In this document: positions 1 through 8,394 of the stretch, piece by piece
How the letters are laid out: each line of letters begins with the position of its first letter
How positions within the stretch are numbered: position 1 is the stretch's first letter
Source of the DNA: Erysipelotrichaceae bacterium
Lineage (GTDB): Bacteria > Bacillota_I > Bacilli_A > Erysipelotrichales > Coprobacillaceae
Assembly: GCA_017633115.1 (NCBI GenBank)
Contig: JAGBPZ010000134.1
Span: 4,852-28,851, forward strand
Length of the DNA: 24,000 nucleotides
Reading direction: 5' to 3'
Position numbers and translations under genes: made by a program
Notes under the pieces: generated by a model
Database searches by the model: none
Told to the model about the DNA's origin: nothing
What the model saw: only the letters and a program-made list of their open reading frames with translations

Positions 1-660
1 ATTGATATGTATGTAGGTGAATCACTTAAAACTACGATAAAATCAGCGAGTGGTCAAAACTACAACAATTCTGATATAAAATACACCATTGACGATGAAT
101 CAATTGTTACAGTCGATAAGAATGGCGTAATTAAGGCTTTAAAATCTGGTATAACAAAGATAACTGCAGAAAGATTAGATGGCTATAGCGAATGCAAGAC
201 AAAAACTATTATTGTATCTTATAAAGAAATACCATTTAAGAGTGGAGATATCGTTGATAAACCAAAGGGGAATCGAAATGCGAAAATATCCTTTAATACT
301 AAAAGTATGAAGAAGAAAGGCAAAGTTGTTTATGTCTATTTGAAGAACAAGAATAAAAAAAGTAATTCTGTTGGATTTGTTCTTTCAAAAAATAAAACGA
401 CTCAAGTTAAAGTACCAACTGGTACATATGACTTATATCTAGCTCAGGGTAAATACTGGTATGGCAAGTTATACAAACTAGGTGATGATATTGAACTAAA
501 AAAGAAGAAAACAATCAAAGTTAGAAAAAAACATCAAAACCATCCACTTAAAATCAACCTCGGTAAAGCAAAAACAAAATCAAAAGATTATGATGAAGAA
601 GACGATGATGATGGTCGTCATGCAAGTGGAAGTGGATCAAAAGTAGGTATTCGCCATTAA
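1..660 (+). CDS. C-terminal part of a bacterial Ig-like (BIG2) domain protein, truncated by window edge; very basic domain followed by an acidic and Gly/Ser tail
   Basis: Frame is open to the left edge; protein contains 'DDESIVTVDKNGVIKALKSGITKITAE', typical of BIG2 repeats; tail DYDEEDDDDGRHASGSGSKVGIRH. Confidence 0.75.
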   Translation: MDMYVGESLKTTIKSASGQNYNNSDIKYTIDDESIVTVDKNGVIKALKSGITKITAERLDGYSECKTKTIIVSYKEIPFKSGDIVDKPKGNRNAKISFNTKSMKKKGKVVYVYLKNKNKKSNSVGFVLSKNKTTQVKVPTGTYDLYLAQGKYWYGKLYKLGDDIELKKKKTIKVRKKHQNHPLKINLGKAKTKSKDYDEEDDDDGRHASGSGSKVGIRH

Positions 661-742
661 GTAATTGTTGAATGTAATCTACTTAAAAAAGCAAAGGTTG
701 AAGTTTCTAAAAGAGACATGTAAGATTATTCTTTGAGGTGGG

Positions 743-1588
743 ATGATGAAATATTTTAAATCTATTGATACAGTATTGAGTATCCTCGTTGGTAATCTAT
801 TGATGGCTTTTGCAGTAGAAGCATTTATTGCTCCATATGGAGTGATTTTAGGCGGAGCTACAGGTATCGGCCTTGTCATAGCCCATTATTCGACATTAAG
901 TCTATCTATGATTGTATTAATCGTTAATGTTGCGTTATTTATTTTAGGTTTCTTGATATTAGGTAAAACATTTGCTTTATCGACTTTAGCAGGAACGATT
1001 CTCTATCCACTGATGCTTTCTTTATTTGAACATCTTCATACTGGACCTTATACAGATAATACGTTATTGGCAGCTATCTATGGTGGTATTATTATGGGTG
1101 CGGGTGTTGGTCTGGTCTTGAGAGTAGGTAGTTCAACTGGCGGTACAGATATTATTGCTCTCATACTCAACAAATACACCCATCTTAATTTATCCATCAT
1201 ATTAGGGATACTAGATGTTGTCATCATAGCTGCTCAAATCCCATTCTCTAATTCAGAACAATTGTTATATGGAATTATCATTGTCGTATTAATGACGTTG
1301 CTTACAGATCGAATGATGTTGTTAGGAAGTTCTAAAATACAAATATTTATCATTTCCAGTGAATATGAACAAATTAGAAATTGGATTTTAACAGAGGGAG
1401 ATGCTGGCGCAACTTTATTTATGATTGAGAAAGGCTATACACGAAAAGAAGAAAAAAGTATTATGTGTATCATTCCTAGACGTAAGCTTTATGCAGTCAA
1501 ACAAAAGGTATTTGAGATTGATCCCAAGGCCTTCATGACTATAGGAGAAGTCAATGAAGTTGTTTCTAACTCAAGAGAAATTATATAA
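743..1588 (+). CDS. YitT family membrane protein (DUF161/DUF2179)
   Basis: ORF of 281 aa preceded by GAGGTGGG; hydrophobic N-terminal half with 'GVILGGATGIGLV' and 'GGSTGGTDIIALI'-like motifs; C-terminal DUF2179-like 'TEGDAGATLFMIEKGYTRKEEKSIMCIIPRRK'. Confidence 0.9.
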   Translation: MMKYFKSIDTVLSILVGNLLMAFAVEAFIAPYGVILGGATGIGLVIAHYSTLSLSMIVLIVNVALFILGFLILGKTFALSTLAGTILYPLMLSLFEHLHTGPYTDNTLLAAIYGGIIMGAGVGLVLRVGSSTGGTDIIALILNKYTHLNLSIILGILDVVIIAAQIPFSNSEQLLYGIIIVVLMTLLTDRMMLLGSSKIQIFIISSEYEQIRNWILTEGDAGATLFMIEKGYTRKEEKSIMCIIPRRKLYAVKQKVFEIDPKAFMTIGEVNEVVSNSREII

Positions 1589-1611
1589 CTATATTGAATT
1601 AAACATACAAT

Positions 1612-1655
1612 AAAGAGACACCTACTCAAACAAGTGAGTTGTGTCTCTATTTTTT
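1612..1655 (+). terminator. Rho-independent terminator downstream of yitT-like gene
   Basis: agagacac...actca-loop-tgagt...gtgtctct followed by attttttata. Confidence 0.8.
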
Positions 1656-2303
1656 ATATTAACCTTTTTGAGGGGAGGTAAGTACAATGATATAAGATTA
1701 CGTTTAAATAATACTGACTTACAATTAGTTAAAATTGTCTTTGGTTAAAAAAGTCAGAATTCATACAAATAATATAAACATTCAATGAATTTTAAATTTA
1801 AATGTTTAATAACATTGATTGTCGAATTAGAATATTTAACTCCAGAAAACATAGGGGCTTACCTATTTTGGGAATTAAATTATATTATTTACTTCGCATA
1901 ATGTATATTATGTAATTTATATAGAATGCAAAATCACGTTTTATATGATTGGTTCATTATTAACCTATGTATAACAAATCGTACGTTTGTTAGTTTTTAA
2001 GTTAATTCTATTTATATGGTTATCTGTCGCCTGATTTTTCTTGTACCTAATGTGTTTTCTAATTTATAATTTCTTTTATTATAGTTCATTGTATTCATCA
2101 CTAATCGTTATTCTACATATTTTTGTTTGGTCGAATATAATTACCTGACTATAAATTTTCTTATATTCAATACGTATGACTAATTATTTACTTGATTGTA
2201 ATCAGGTTGATCTAAGAATGTAAATATGATCAATTTCTTTTTAATAATAATGTTTAACGAATTTAGGACACAAAATCCGTATTCTGAAAATCCTAAATTT
2301 ATT

Positions 2304-2335
2304 TATAATAAAAAGAATGTTGATCAACATTCTTT
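2304..2335 (-). terminator. Intrinsic terminator of the deoB / small membrane protein transcription unit
   Basis: Perfect palindrome aaagaatgttgatcaacattcttt followed on the minus strand by TTTTTATTATAA; overlaps the stop codon at 2334-2336. Confidence 0.75.
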
Positions 2336-2606
2336 AAATATGAGTACTTATAAGATAAAACGTAATAAATGCTTCAAAAAGAATAATCAAACCCATAAGG
2401 TAAAGATTAATGTTTTGCTTGCTTTTTTTATTGCTGGCTCTTAAGGCTAAAAATGCTGCAACAAATAACAAAGTTGCTATTAGATAATACATCAAATCAA
2501 CAATGAAAGCGTGATTAGAAATGGTAATACCAAATAGGAATAACATCCATCCAAGCAGTACTCCTGCTAAGGATACCAAAACAACACGTCTAATTTCGTT
2601 TTCCAT
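2334..2606 (-). CDS. Small hydrophobic membrane protein, about three predicted TM segments, unknown function
   Basis: 90-aa ORF; start ATG overlaps the deoB stop (TAATG); hydrophobic stretches VVLVSLAGVLLGWMLFLFGI, LMYYLIATLLFVAAFLAL, LYLMGLIILFEAFITFYLI. Confidence 0.7.
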   Translation of the reverse strand: MENEIRRVVLVSLAGVLLGWMLFLFGITISNHAFIVDLMYYLIATLLFVAAFLALRASNKKSKQNINLYLMGLIILFEAFITFYLISTHI

Positions 2607-3805
2607 TAATCAACCCTGCCTAACTGATTAAGAATGGATTCACCAATACCTGGATTATTGACGTTAAAGTTTTCAGCAACTGTTGCACCTATCACACCAT
2701 AGCTTTCTAATAATCCCAGGTACTTAGGATGTGCAAGAGATTTGCTATAGATTAGTAATGGAACATGTTCTCTTGTATGATCTGTACCTGTCCATGTTGG
2801 ATCATTGCCATGATCTGCCGTAATCATTAATAAGTCATCTTCGTTCATACCAGCCATAAATGCATCTAGTTGAGAATCAAATGCTTCAATTGCATCACCA
2901 TAACCAATTGGATTGCGACGATGACCATATACTGCATCAAAATCAACTAAGTTGACAAAACATAGACCTGTGAAATCTTTTTTCAAGAGTTCGATAGTTT
3001 TATTCATGCCATCTTCATTAGATTTTGTTAATGTCGAATTTGTAATCCCCTTGTTTACAAATATGTCAGAGATCTTACCAACCGCTTCTACCTCTAAACC
3101 ATTTTCTTTAAGAACATCCATAACAGTTGTACCAAAAGGTTCTAAAGCATAGTCGTGTCGGTTTGCTGTTCTTTGGAAATGACCTTTACTTGTTCCGATA
3201 TATGGACGAGCGATAACGCGCCCTACTTTCCATTCGTCTCTCATCAAAAGTTCTCTGGCAATATGGCATGCTTCATAGAGTTCTTCTAAAGGAATCACAT
3301 CTTCATGGGCAGCAATCTGAAATACAGAGTCAGCTGATGTATAAACGATCCAGTCACCAGTTTGCATCTGATGTTCACCCCAGTCGTCAAGTATTTTGGT
3401 CCCACTTTCTGCATAATTGGCAACACATTTTCTGCCTGTTTTTTCTTCGAACAATTTGATGAATTCTTCTGGGAAACCTGTATCAGTAAATGTTTTAAAA
3501 GGTTTTGTAATTTTTAAGCCCATCATTTCCCAATGACCTGTCATCGTGTCTTTACCGCTTGAGACTTCTCTTAAAGCAGCTACACTTCCTAATGGATATT
3601 TAACAGGAGGAATGCCTTTAAAATCACCTAAAAGACCAAGTCCGATGCCTTCCATGTTTTCAACGTTCAGCCCGTTTTTAGCTTCACAAATATGGGCTAT
3701 TGTATTAGAACCTTCATCACCAAATTCTTTTGCATCTTCAGCGTTACCGATACCCATAGAATCACATACGATCACAAATATTCTTTTATATAAATAATCA
3801 GACAT
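2606..3805 (-). CDS. deoB: Phosphopentomutase
   Basis: 399 aa; 'VIVCDSMGIGNAEDAKEFGDEGSNTIAHI', 'SGKDTMTGHWEMMG', 'ITADHGNDPTWTGTDHTREHVPLL'. Confidence 0.97.
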   Translation of the reverse strand: MSDYLYKRIFVIVCDSMGIGNAEDAKEFGDEGSNTIAHICEAKNGLNVENMEGIGLGLLGDFKGIPPVKYPLGSVAALREVSSGKDTMTGHWEMMGLKITKPFKTFTDTGFPEEFIKLFEEKTGRKCVANYAESGTKILDDWGEHQMQTGDWIVYTSADSVFQIAAHEDVIPLEELYEACHIARELLMRDEWKVGRVIARPYIGTSKGHFQRTANRHDYALEPFGTTVMDVLKENGLEVEAVGKISDIFVNKGITNSTLTKSNEDGMNKTIELLKKDFTGLCFVNLVDFDAVYGHRRNPIGYGDAIEAFDSQLDAFMAGMNEDDLLMITADHGNDPTWTGTDHTREHVPLLIYSKSLAHPKYLGLLESYGVIGATVAENFNVNNPGIGESILNQLGRVD

Positions 3806-3810
3806 AAGTA

Positions 3811-4692
3811 CTACTCCTTTTTTCTATTACCTGGATGAAACTGTTGATAGTCATTAAAAATCTTTTGGTTTGATACATGTGTATAAATCGTTGTTGTTGA
3901 GATATCACTATGACCAAGCAATTCCTGTATGGAACGTAAGTCTGCGTCATTGTTCAACATAGTTGTGGCAAACGTATGACGCAGCATATGTGGTGTCACT
4001 TTTTTGACACCTGCCACTTGACCAATATGACGTAAAATACCATAAAAGTTTTCCCTTGATATAGGTTGACCTTTCTTTGTCATAAAGAGCCATTGACTTG
4101 ATTGAACATTAAGTTCTTTACGTTCGTTATACATATAACCCTTCAAGATATCACATGTCGTATCGTCTATTGGAATCAATCTTTCTTTGTTTCCTTTACC
4201 AATGACATGTAGCATTTTTGCTCTTAAATTGACGTCATTTGTAGTTAAATTAACGAGTTCACTTACACGTATACCTGTTGCCATTAATAAGAGAATCATT
4301 GCATAATTACGGACATCGACTGGTTCATCGCCAAGTGTTTTCAGCATTTTTGCGATATCATTCATTGTGAGAACATCTGGTAAATGCTGAGGCAACTTTG
4401 GTAAGTCAAAGTTTTCCATGATGTTTTGGTCAACAATATCATCTTTACGCAAATAAAGAAAAAGCTGTCTTAACGCAACAATTTTGCGTTGTCTCGATCT
4501 TGGTGCATAATCTCTAATCGCAAGTAAATAAGATTGAATATGATCCTTTGTTAAATCATTCACATCATTAACTTGAACAATATTTGCAAAATCAATCAAA
4601 TCACGTAAATAGCCTTCTACGGTATGATCGGATAAGCCTTTTTCAAGTTTTAAGTAGATTTTAAATTCTTTTAATGCTTCAACCATCTTCAT
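3811..4692 (-). CDS. xerD: Site-specific tyrosine recombinase XerD
   Basis: 293 aa; 'ATGIRVSELVNL', 'HMLRHTFATTMLNNDADLRSIQELLGHSDISTTTIYTHV' catalytic R..HxRH..Y pattern. Confidence 0.93.
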   Translation of the reverse strand: MKMVEALKEFKIYLKLEKGLSDHTVEGYLRDLIDFANIVQVNDVNDLTKDHIQSYLLAIRDYAPRSRQRKIVALRQLFLYLRKDDIVDQNIMENFDLPKLPQHLPDVLTMNDIAKMLKTLGDEPVDVRNYAMILLLMATGIRVSELVNLTTNDVNLRAKMLHVIGKGNKERLIPIDDTTCDILKGYMYNERKELNVQSSQWLFMTKKGQPISRENFYGILRHIGQVAGVKKVTPHMLRHTFATTMLNNDADLRSIQELLGHSDISTTTIYTHVSNQKIFNDYQQFHPGNRKKE

Positions 4693-4738
4693 CGTTTTTA
4701 CCTGCCATGATTATTATAGCATTTTGTCATTTTGACAT

Positions 4739-5914
4739 CTATGATTTTACTTGGTCTTTGTTTTTCAACAAATCACTTGCGTGTTTAAGTACATCTTTAT
4801 GTTCATCAACTATTTTTTCGATTTCATTATTGGGATCTTGGACATGTTTATCAAAGATTGTTGTTTGAATATAAACCTGATTTCTAGGCATCACTTTATT
4901 CATTGTTAAACCTATTAGTCTGATTGGTTCATTATTATAAGATTCTCTCAGCAGCATTAAAGCATAAGCATATAAGATTTCTTCCTGATCTGTATAATTG
5001 TTCATAATCATCGATCTTTGAATTGTGTGAAAAGTGTTGTCACGTAAAGTAATCGATATATTTTTTGAAATCAGATTACGAGCTTTAGCGCGTTTAGAGA
5101 CGCTATGAGCAAGTTTTTTGAACTCTTGAGATAAAAGCTCCTCCCCTACTATATCGCGCTCAAATGTATGCGAATTACCAACAGATTTAGGATCATACGG
5201 TTGATAATCGACATCACGCATATCACGTCCATTTGCACGATTATAATAAATAAGTGCTGAACTGCCTAATATAGTTTTAAGTGTTTGATAGTTATTGCCA
5301 TTAGCGATATCACCAATGGTCAATATACCTGCTTCCTTGAGTTTTGGCGCTGTCTTTTTACCAATACCATGCATGTCATCAACTGGCATTGGCCATAAGA
5401 CATCTTTAATATTATTTTTTGTAATAATCGTAATACCCATTGGCTTTTTAAGATCAGAAGCCATTTTACTAAGAAATTTATTTGGTGATATACCGATTGA
5501 ACAGCTAATACCTATTTCACTGAAGACGGACTTTTGTATTTCATCAGCTATGACATAAGGCTGAATTTGTCTTTCCTCAATATAGTTACTCATATCCACA
5601 TAACATTCATCAATACTAGCTTTTTCTACATAAGGACTATAGCGTTTGACAATATTGAAGAATTTTTGGGAAAGACTACGATAATACTCAAAATCCGGTC
5701 GTACGATAATCAAATGGCGGCATAACTTTTTAGCCTGCATGATTGGCATGGCAGAATGAATCCCATATTGACGTGCTTCATAAGATGCAGTTGCACACAC
5801 ACTACGAGGCGCATCATGACCAACGACTACTGGTTTACCTTTATATTCGGGATGTCGTAATAACTCAGCGCTTACAAAGAAAGCGTTCAAGTCAATATGG
5901 AATATAACCTTCAT
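4739..5914 (-). CDS. dinB: DNA polymerase IV (Y-family)
   Basis: 391 aa; 'IFHIDLNAFFVSAELLRHPEYKGKPVVVG', 'YVEKASIDECYVDM', 'SIGISPNKFLSKMASDLKKPMG'. Confidence 0.95.
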   Translation of the reverse strand: MKVIFHIDLNAFFVSAELLRHPEYKGKPVVVGHDAPRSVCATASYEARQYGIHSAMPIMQAKKLCRHLIIVRPDFEYYRSLSQKFFNIVKRYSPYVEKASIDECYVDMSNYIEERQIQPYVIADEIQKSVFSEIGISCSIGISPNKFLSKMASDLKKPMGITIITKNNIKDVLWPMPVDDMHGIGKKTAPKLKEAGILTIGDIANGNNYQTLKTILGSSALIYYNRANGRDMRDVDYQPYDPKSVGNSHTFERDIVGEELLSQEFKKLAHSVSKRAKARNLISKNISITLRDNTFHTIQRSMIMNNYTDQEEILYAYALMLLRESYNNEPIRLIGLTMNKVMPRNQVYIQTTIFDKHVQDPNNEIEKIVDEHKDVLKHASDLLKNKDQVKS

Positions 5915-5930
5915 TCTCTTACCTCTACAA

Positions 5931-5951
5931 AGAAAGCCCCCAATGGGAGCT
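5931..5951 (-). terminator. GC-rich hairpin between recN and dinB; possible weak terminator or attenuator
   Basis: Minus strand AGCTCCC-ATT-GGGGGCT followed by TTCTTTG; starts two nt after the recN stop; U-tract interrupted. Confidence 0.45.
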
Positions 5952-5953
5952 GA

Positions 5954-7591
5954 TTATTTTAATAATGATTTCGCATTGGCAATGGCATCATCACTGATTT
6001 CATCACCTGACAGCATTTTCGCAATTTCAATAATGCGTTCATCTTCGTTAAGCAATGCCATACTTGTATAAGTGGCATCATCATCAGTCGCTTTCATAAT
6101 AGCATAATGATGCTGTCCATAAACTGCTACCTGAGGTAGATGTGTGATACAAATAACTTGTTTGCTTTGACCAAGAATGGCCATCTTACTACCAATCGCA
6201 TCAGCAACTTTACCTGAAACACCAGTATCGACTTCATCAAATATAATTGTATCAATAGCACTGTCAACTAAAGTGATAATCTTGATAGCAAGCATTAAAC
6301 GCGAAATTTCACCACCACTTGCAGATTCATTAAGTGGTGTATATGATTGACCTTTATTCATGGCTACTGTTAATGTCACATTATCTGAACCATCTGCATG
6401 AAGTGGCACTTGTTTGAAGTCAACTTTCAAATTCGCATTTGTCAGATAGAGATCATTCAATTGTTGTTTGATCTCTTTTTCAAATGCATGAGCACCCTTT
6501 AAGCGGATATCATGAAGAACCTTAGCCTGATTATGAGCCTGGTTATAAACTTGATCACGTTTATGATAGAGTTCATTTAAGATTTCTTCACGATGAGTTG
6601 CACGCTGAATCTTCATCTCTAAATCATCACGGGCTTGATAGATATCATCCATCGAATAGCCATATCTGCGTTTTAAACGTTGAATTTGATAAAGTTGTTC
6701 CTGGATTTCATTATAGCGATATTCATCAAACTCATAGCTGTTGAAGCGATTCATGATAGCGTCATAAATATCACTTAAACCATAATAAGTATCATAAAGA
6801 CGATCATATTCATCACTGAATCCATCCACACCGCCAAGTATGTGCAGTGCTTCATTCAGTTTATCAAGGACCTGATTGTCGCCATCAATCAATTGGCTGA
6901 TTGAGCGAATAGACTCATGAATCGTTTCATAGTTTTTCATGATGTCTGCTGTGTCTTCAAGCTCCTGAACATCGTCATCAGACAAATCTAAATCTTTTAA
7001 CTCATCAAATTGGGCCTGATAGAACTCAATCTGTTCATCAGAAAAATCCTCTTCTTCAAGCTTTTTGATTTCTTTCTCTAACTCGCGATAACGTCCATAA
7101 TACTGTTTATAAGCTTGTAAGGCTTCATCAATTTCATTACCAATATAATGATCAAGTATTTGAATATGACGCTTAATATTGAATAATGACTGTGTTTCAA
7201 ATTGTGAATGAATATGAATCAGATGAGGTGCGAGAAGCTTTAACGCCTGATTGGTGACAGGTCGATAGTTAATACGAATTGTTGACTTTCCTTTAGCATC
7301 GATGGTCTTTGTAATAATTGTTTCATCTTCAAAACTTAATCCTAATTCCTCAAAGATGTCGACAAGTTCTTGTGTTTCTGACAAGGCGAAAATACCTTGT
7401 ATAATGGCTTTTGAGCAACCTTTTCTTACAAATGAAGCGGAAGCTCTGTTACCACATAATTGGCCTATAGCGTCAATTATAATTGATTTACCAGCACCTG
7501 TTTCACCTGTTAAGACAGACATTGAATCCTCAAAATCAACATTTAATTCATCAATAATCACAAAGGAAGAAATATATAAACTTTTAAGCAT
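5954..7591 (-). CDS. recN: DNA repair protein RecN
   Basis: 545 aa; Walker A 'LTGETGAGKSIIIDAI'; 'SGGEISRLMLAIKIITL...TIIFDEVDTGVSGKVADAIG'. Confidence 0.97.
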   Translation of the reverse strand: MLKSLYISSFVIIDELNVDFEDSMSVLTGETGAGKSIIIDAIGQLCGNRASASFVRKGCSKAIIQGIFALSETQELVDIFEELGLSFEDETIITKTIDAKGKSTIRINYRPVTNQALKLLAPHLIHIHSQFETQSLFNIKRHIQILDHYIGNEIDEALQAYKQYYGRYRELEKEIKKLEEEDFSDEQIEFYQAQFDELKDLDLSDDDVQELEDTADIMKNYETIHESIRSISQLIDGDNQVLDKLNEALHILGGVDGFSDEYDRLYDTYYGLSDIYDAIMNRFNSYEFDEYRYNEIQEQLYQIQRLKRRYGYSMDDIYQARDDLEMKIQRATHREEILNELYHKRDQVYNQAHNQAKVLHDIRLKGAHAFEKEIKQQLNDLYLTNANLKVDFKQVPLHADGSDNVTLTVAMNKGQSYTPLNESASGGEISRLMLAIKIITLVDSAIDTIIFDEVDTGVSGKVADAIGSKMAILGQSKQVICITHLPQVAVYGQHHYAIMKATDDDATYTSMALLNEDERIIEIAKMLSGDEISDDAIANAKSLLK

Positions 7592-7593
7592 AT

Positions 7594-8394
7594 CTAATGT
7601 CCTCCTTTAAGTCGCTGTGATTGTTTGATCACATCATCAATATCTATGGCCTTACTTTCGCTCCCCACAACAAAATACCCGAGAAATTCAATATTACCCT
7701 TACCACCAGTAATTGGTGAATAAGTTAAACCTTGAATGCCAAAACCGCAAGCCTGAGCGTATTGAATCACTTGTTCAATAACACGTTTATGGACTTTGAT
7801 ATCACGAACGATTCCGTTTTTACCAACATCTTCGCGTCCAGCTTCGAATTGTGGTTTAATAAGTGCGGCGATTTGGCAACCCTCACTGACAATATGTTCA
7901 AGAGCTGTAAACATATGTTTAAGGGAAATAAAGGAAACATCAATTGAGACAAAATCAATTGTATCATTATTGAAGTCTTCCTTAGTTGCATAACGGAAAT
8001 TCATTTTTTCCATTGAAATAACACGTTCATCATTTCTCAATTTCCATGCCAATTGATTTGTTCCAACATCTACTGCATACACTTTAGCTGCTCCATTTTG
8101 CAGAGCACAATCTGTAAATCCTCCTGTAGATGCACCAATATCAAGCATCGTTAAGCCACTAAGTGAAATGTGGAATGTTTCAATAGCTTTCTCAAGTTTT
8201 AGACCACCTCTTGAAACATATCTAAGCGTTTCACCTTTAATAAACAGTTCTGTTTCTGCATCGATTTTCATTCCTGGCTTATCGAGACGTTCATGATCAC
8301 TATGAATAAGTCCTGCCATAATAGCTCGCTTTGCTTTTTCACGCGATTCAAACAGACCCTGTTGAACACATAATACATCAACTCGTTCTTTCAC
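7594..8394 (-). CDS. tlyA: TlyA family rRNA (cytidine-2'-O)-methyltransferase / putative hemolysin, S4 + FtsJ domains
   Basis: 266 aa; N-terminal S4 'ERVDVLCVQQGLFESREKAKRAIMAGLI'; 'YVSRGGLKLEKAIETF', 'LDIGASTGGFTDCALQNGAAKVYAVDVG'. Confidence 0.93.
   Translation of the reverse strand: MKERVDVLCVQQGLFESREKAKRAIMAGLIHSDHERLDKPGMKIDAETELFIKGETLRYVSRGGLKLEKAIETFHISLSGLTMLDIGASTGGFTDCALQNGAAKVYAVDVGTNQLAWKLRNDERVISMEKMNFRYATKEDFNNDTIDFVSIDVSFISLKHMFTALEHIVSEGCQIAALIKPQFEAGREDVGKNGIVRDIKVHKRVIEQVIQYAQACGFGIQGLTYSPITGGKGNIEFLGYFVVGSESKAIDIDDVIKQSQRLKGGH

Noticed and set aside
679-879. 66-aa minus-strand ORF antisense to the yitT-like gene
   Set aside because: Antisense to a clear coding region, no family resemblance.
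2226-2444. 72-aa plus-strand ORF in the track
   Set aside because: Overlaps the better supported reverse small membrane protein and the terminator palindrome; no RBS; composition typical of spurious AT-rich ORFs.
2952-3797. Three plus-strand ORFs (2952-3152, 3268-3459, 3546-3797) antisense to deoB
   Set aside because: Shadow ORFs of a highly conserved gene.
7302-7993. Several ORFs antisense to or out of frame with recN and tlyA (7302-7610, 7732-7947, 7767-7991, 7796-7993)
   Set aside because: Overlap confidently assigned CDSs and show no independent signals.
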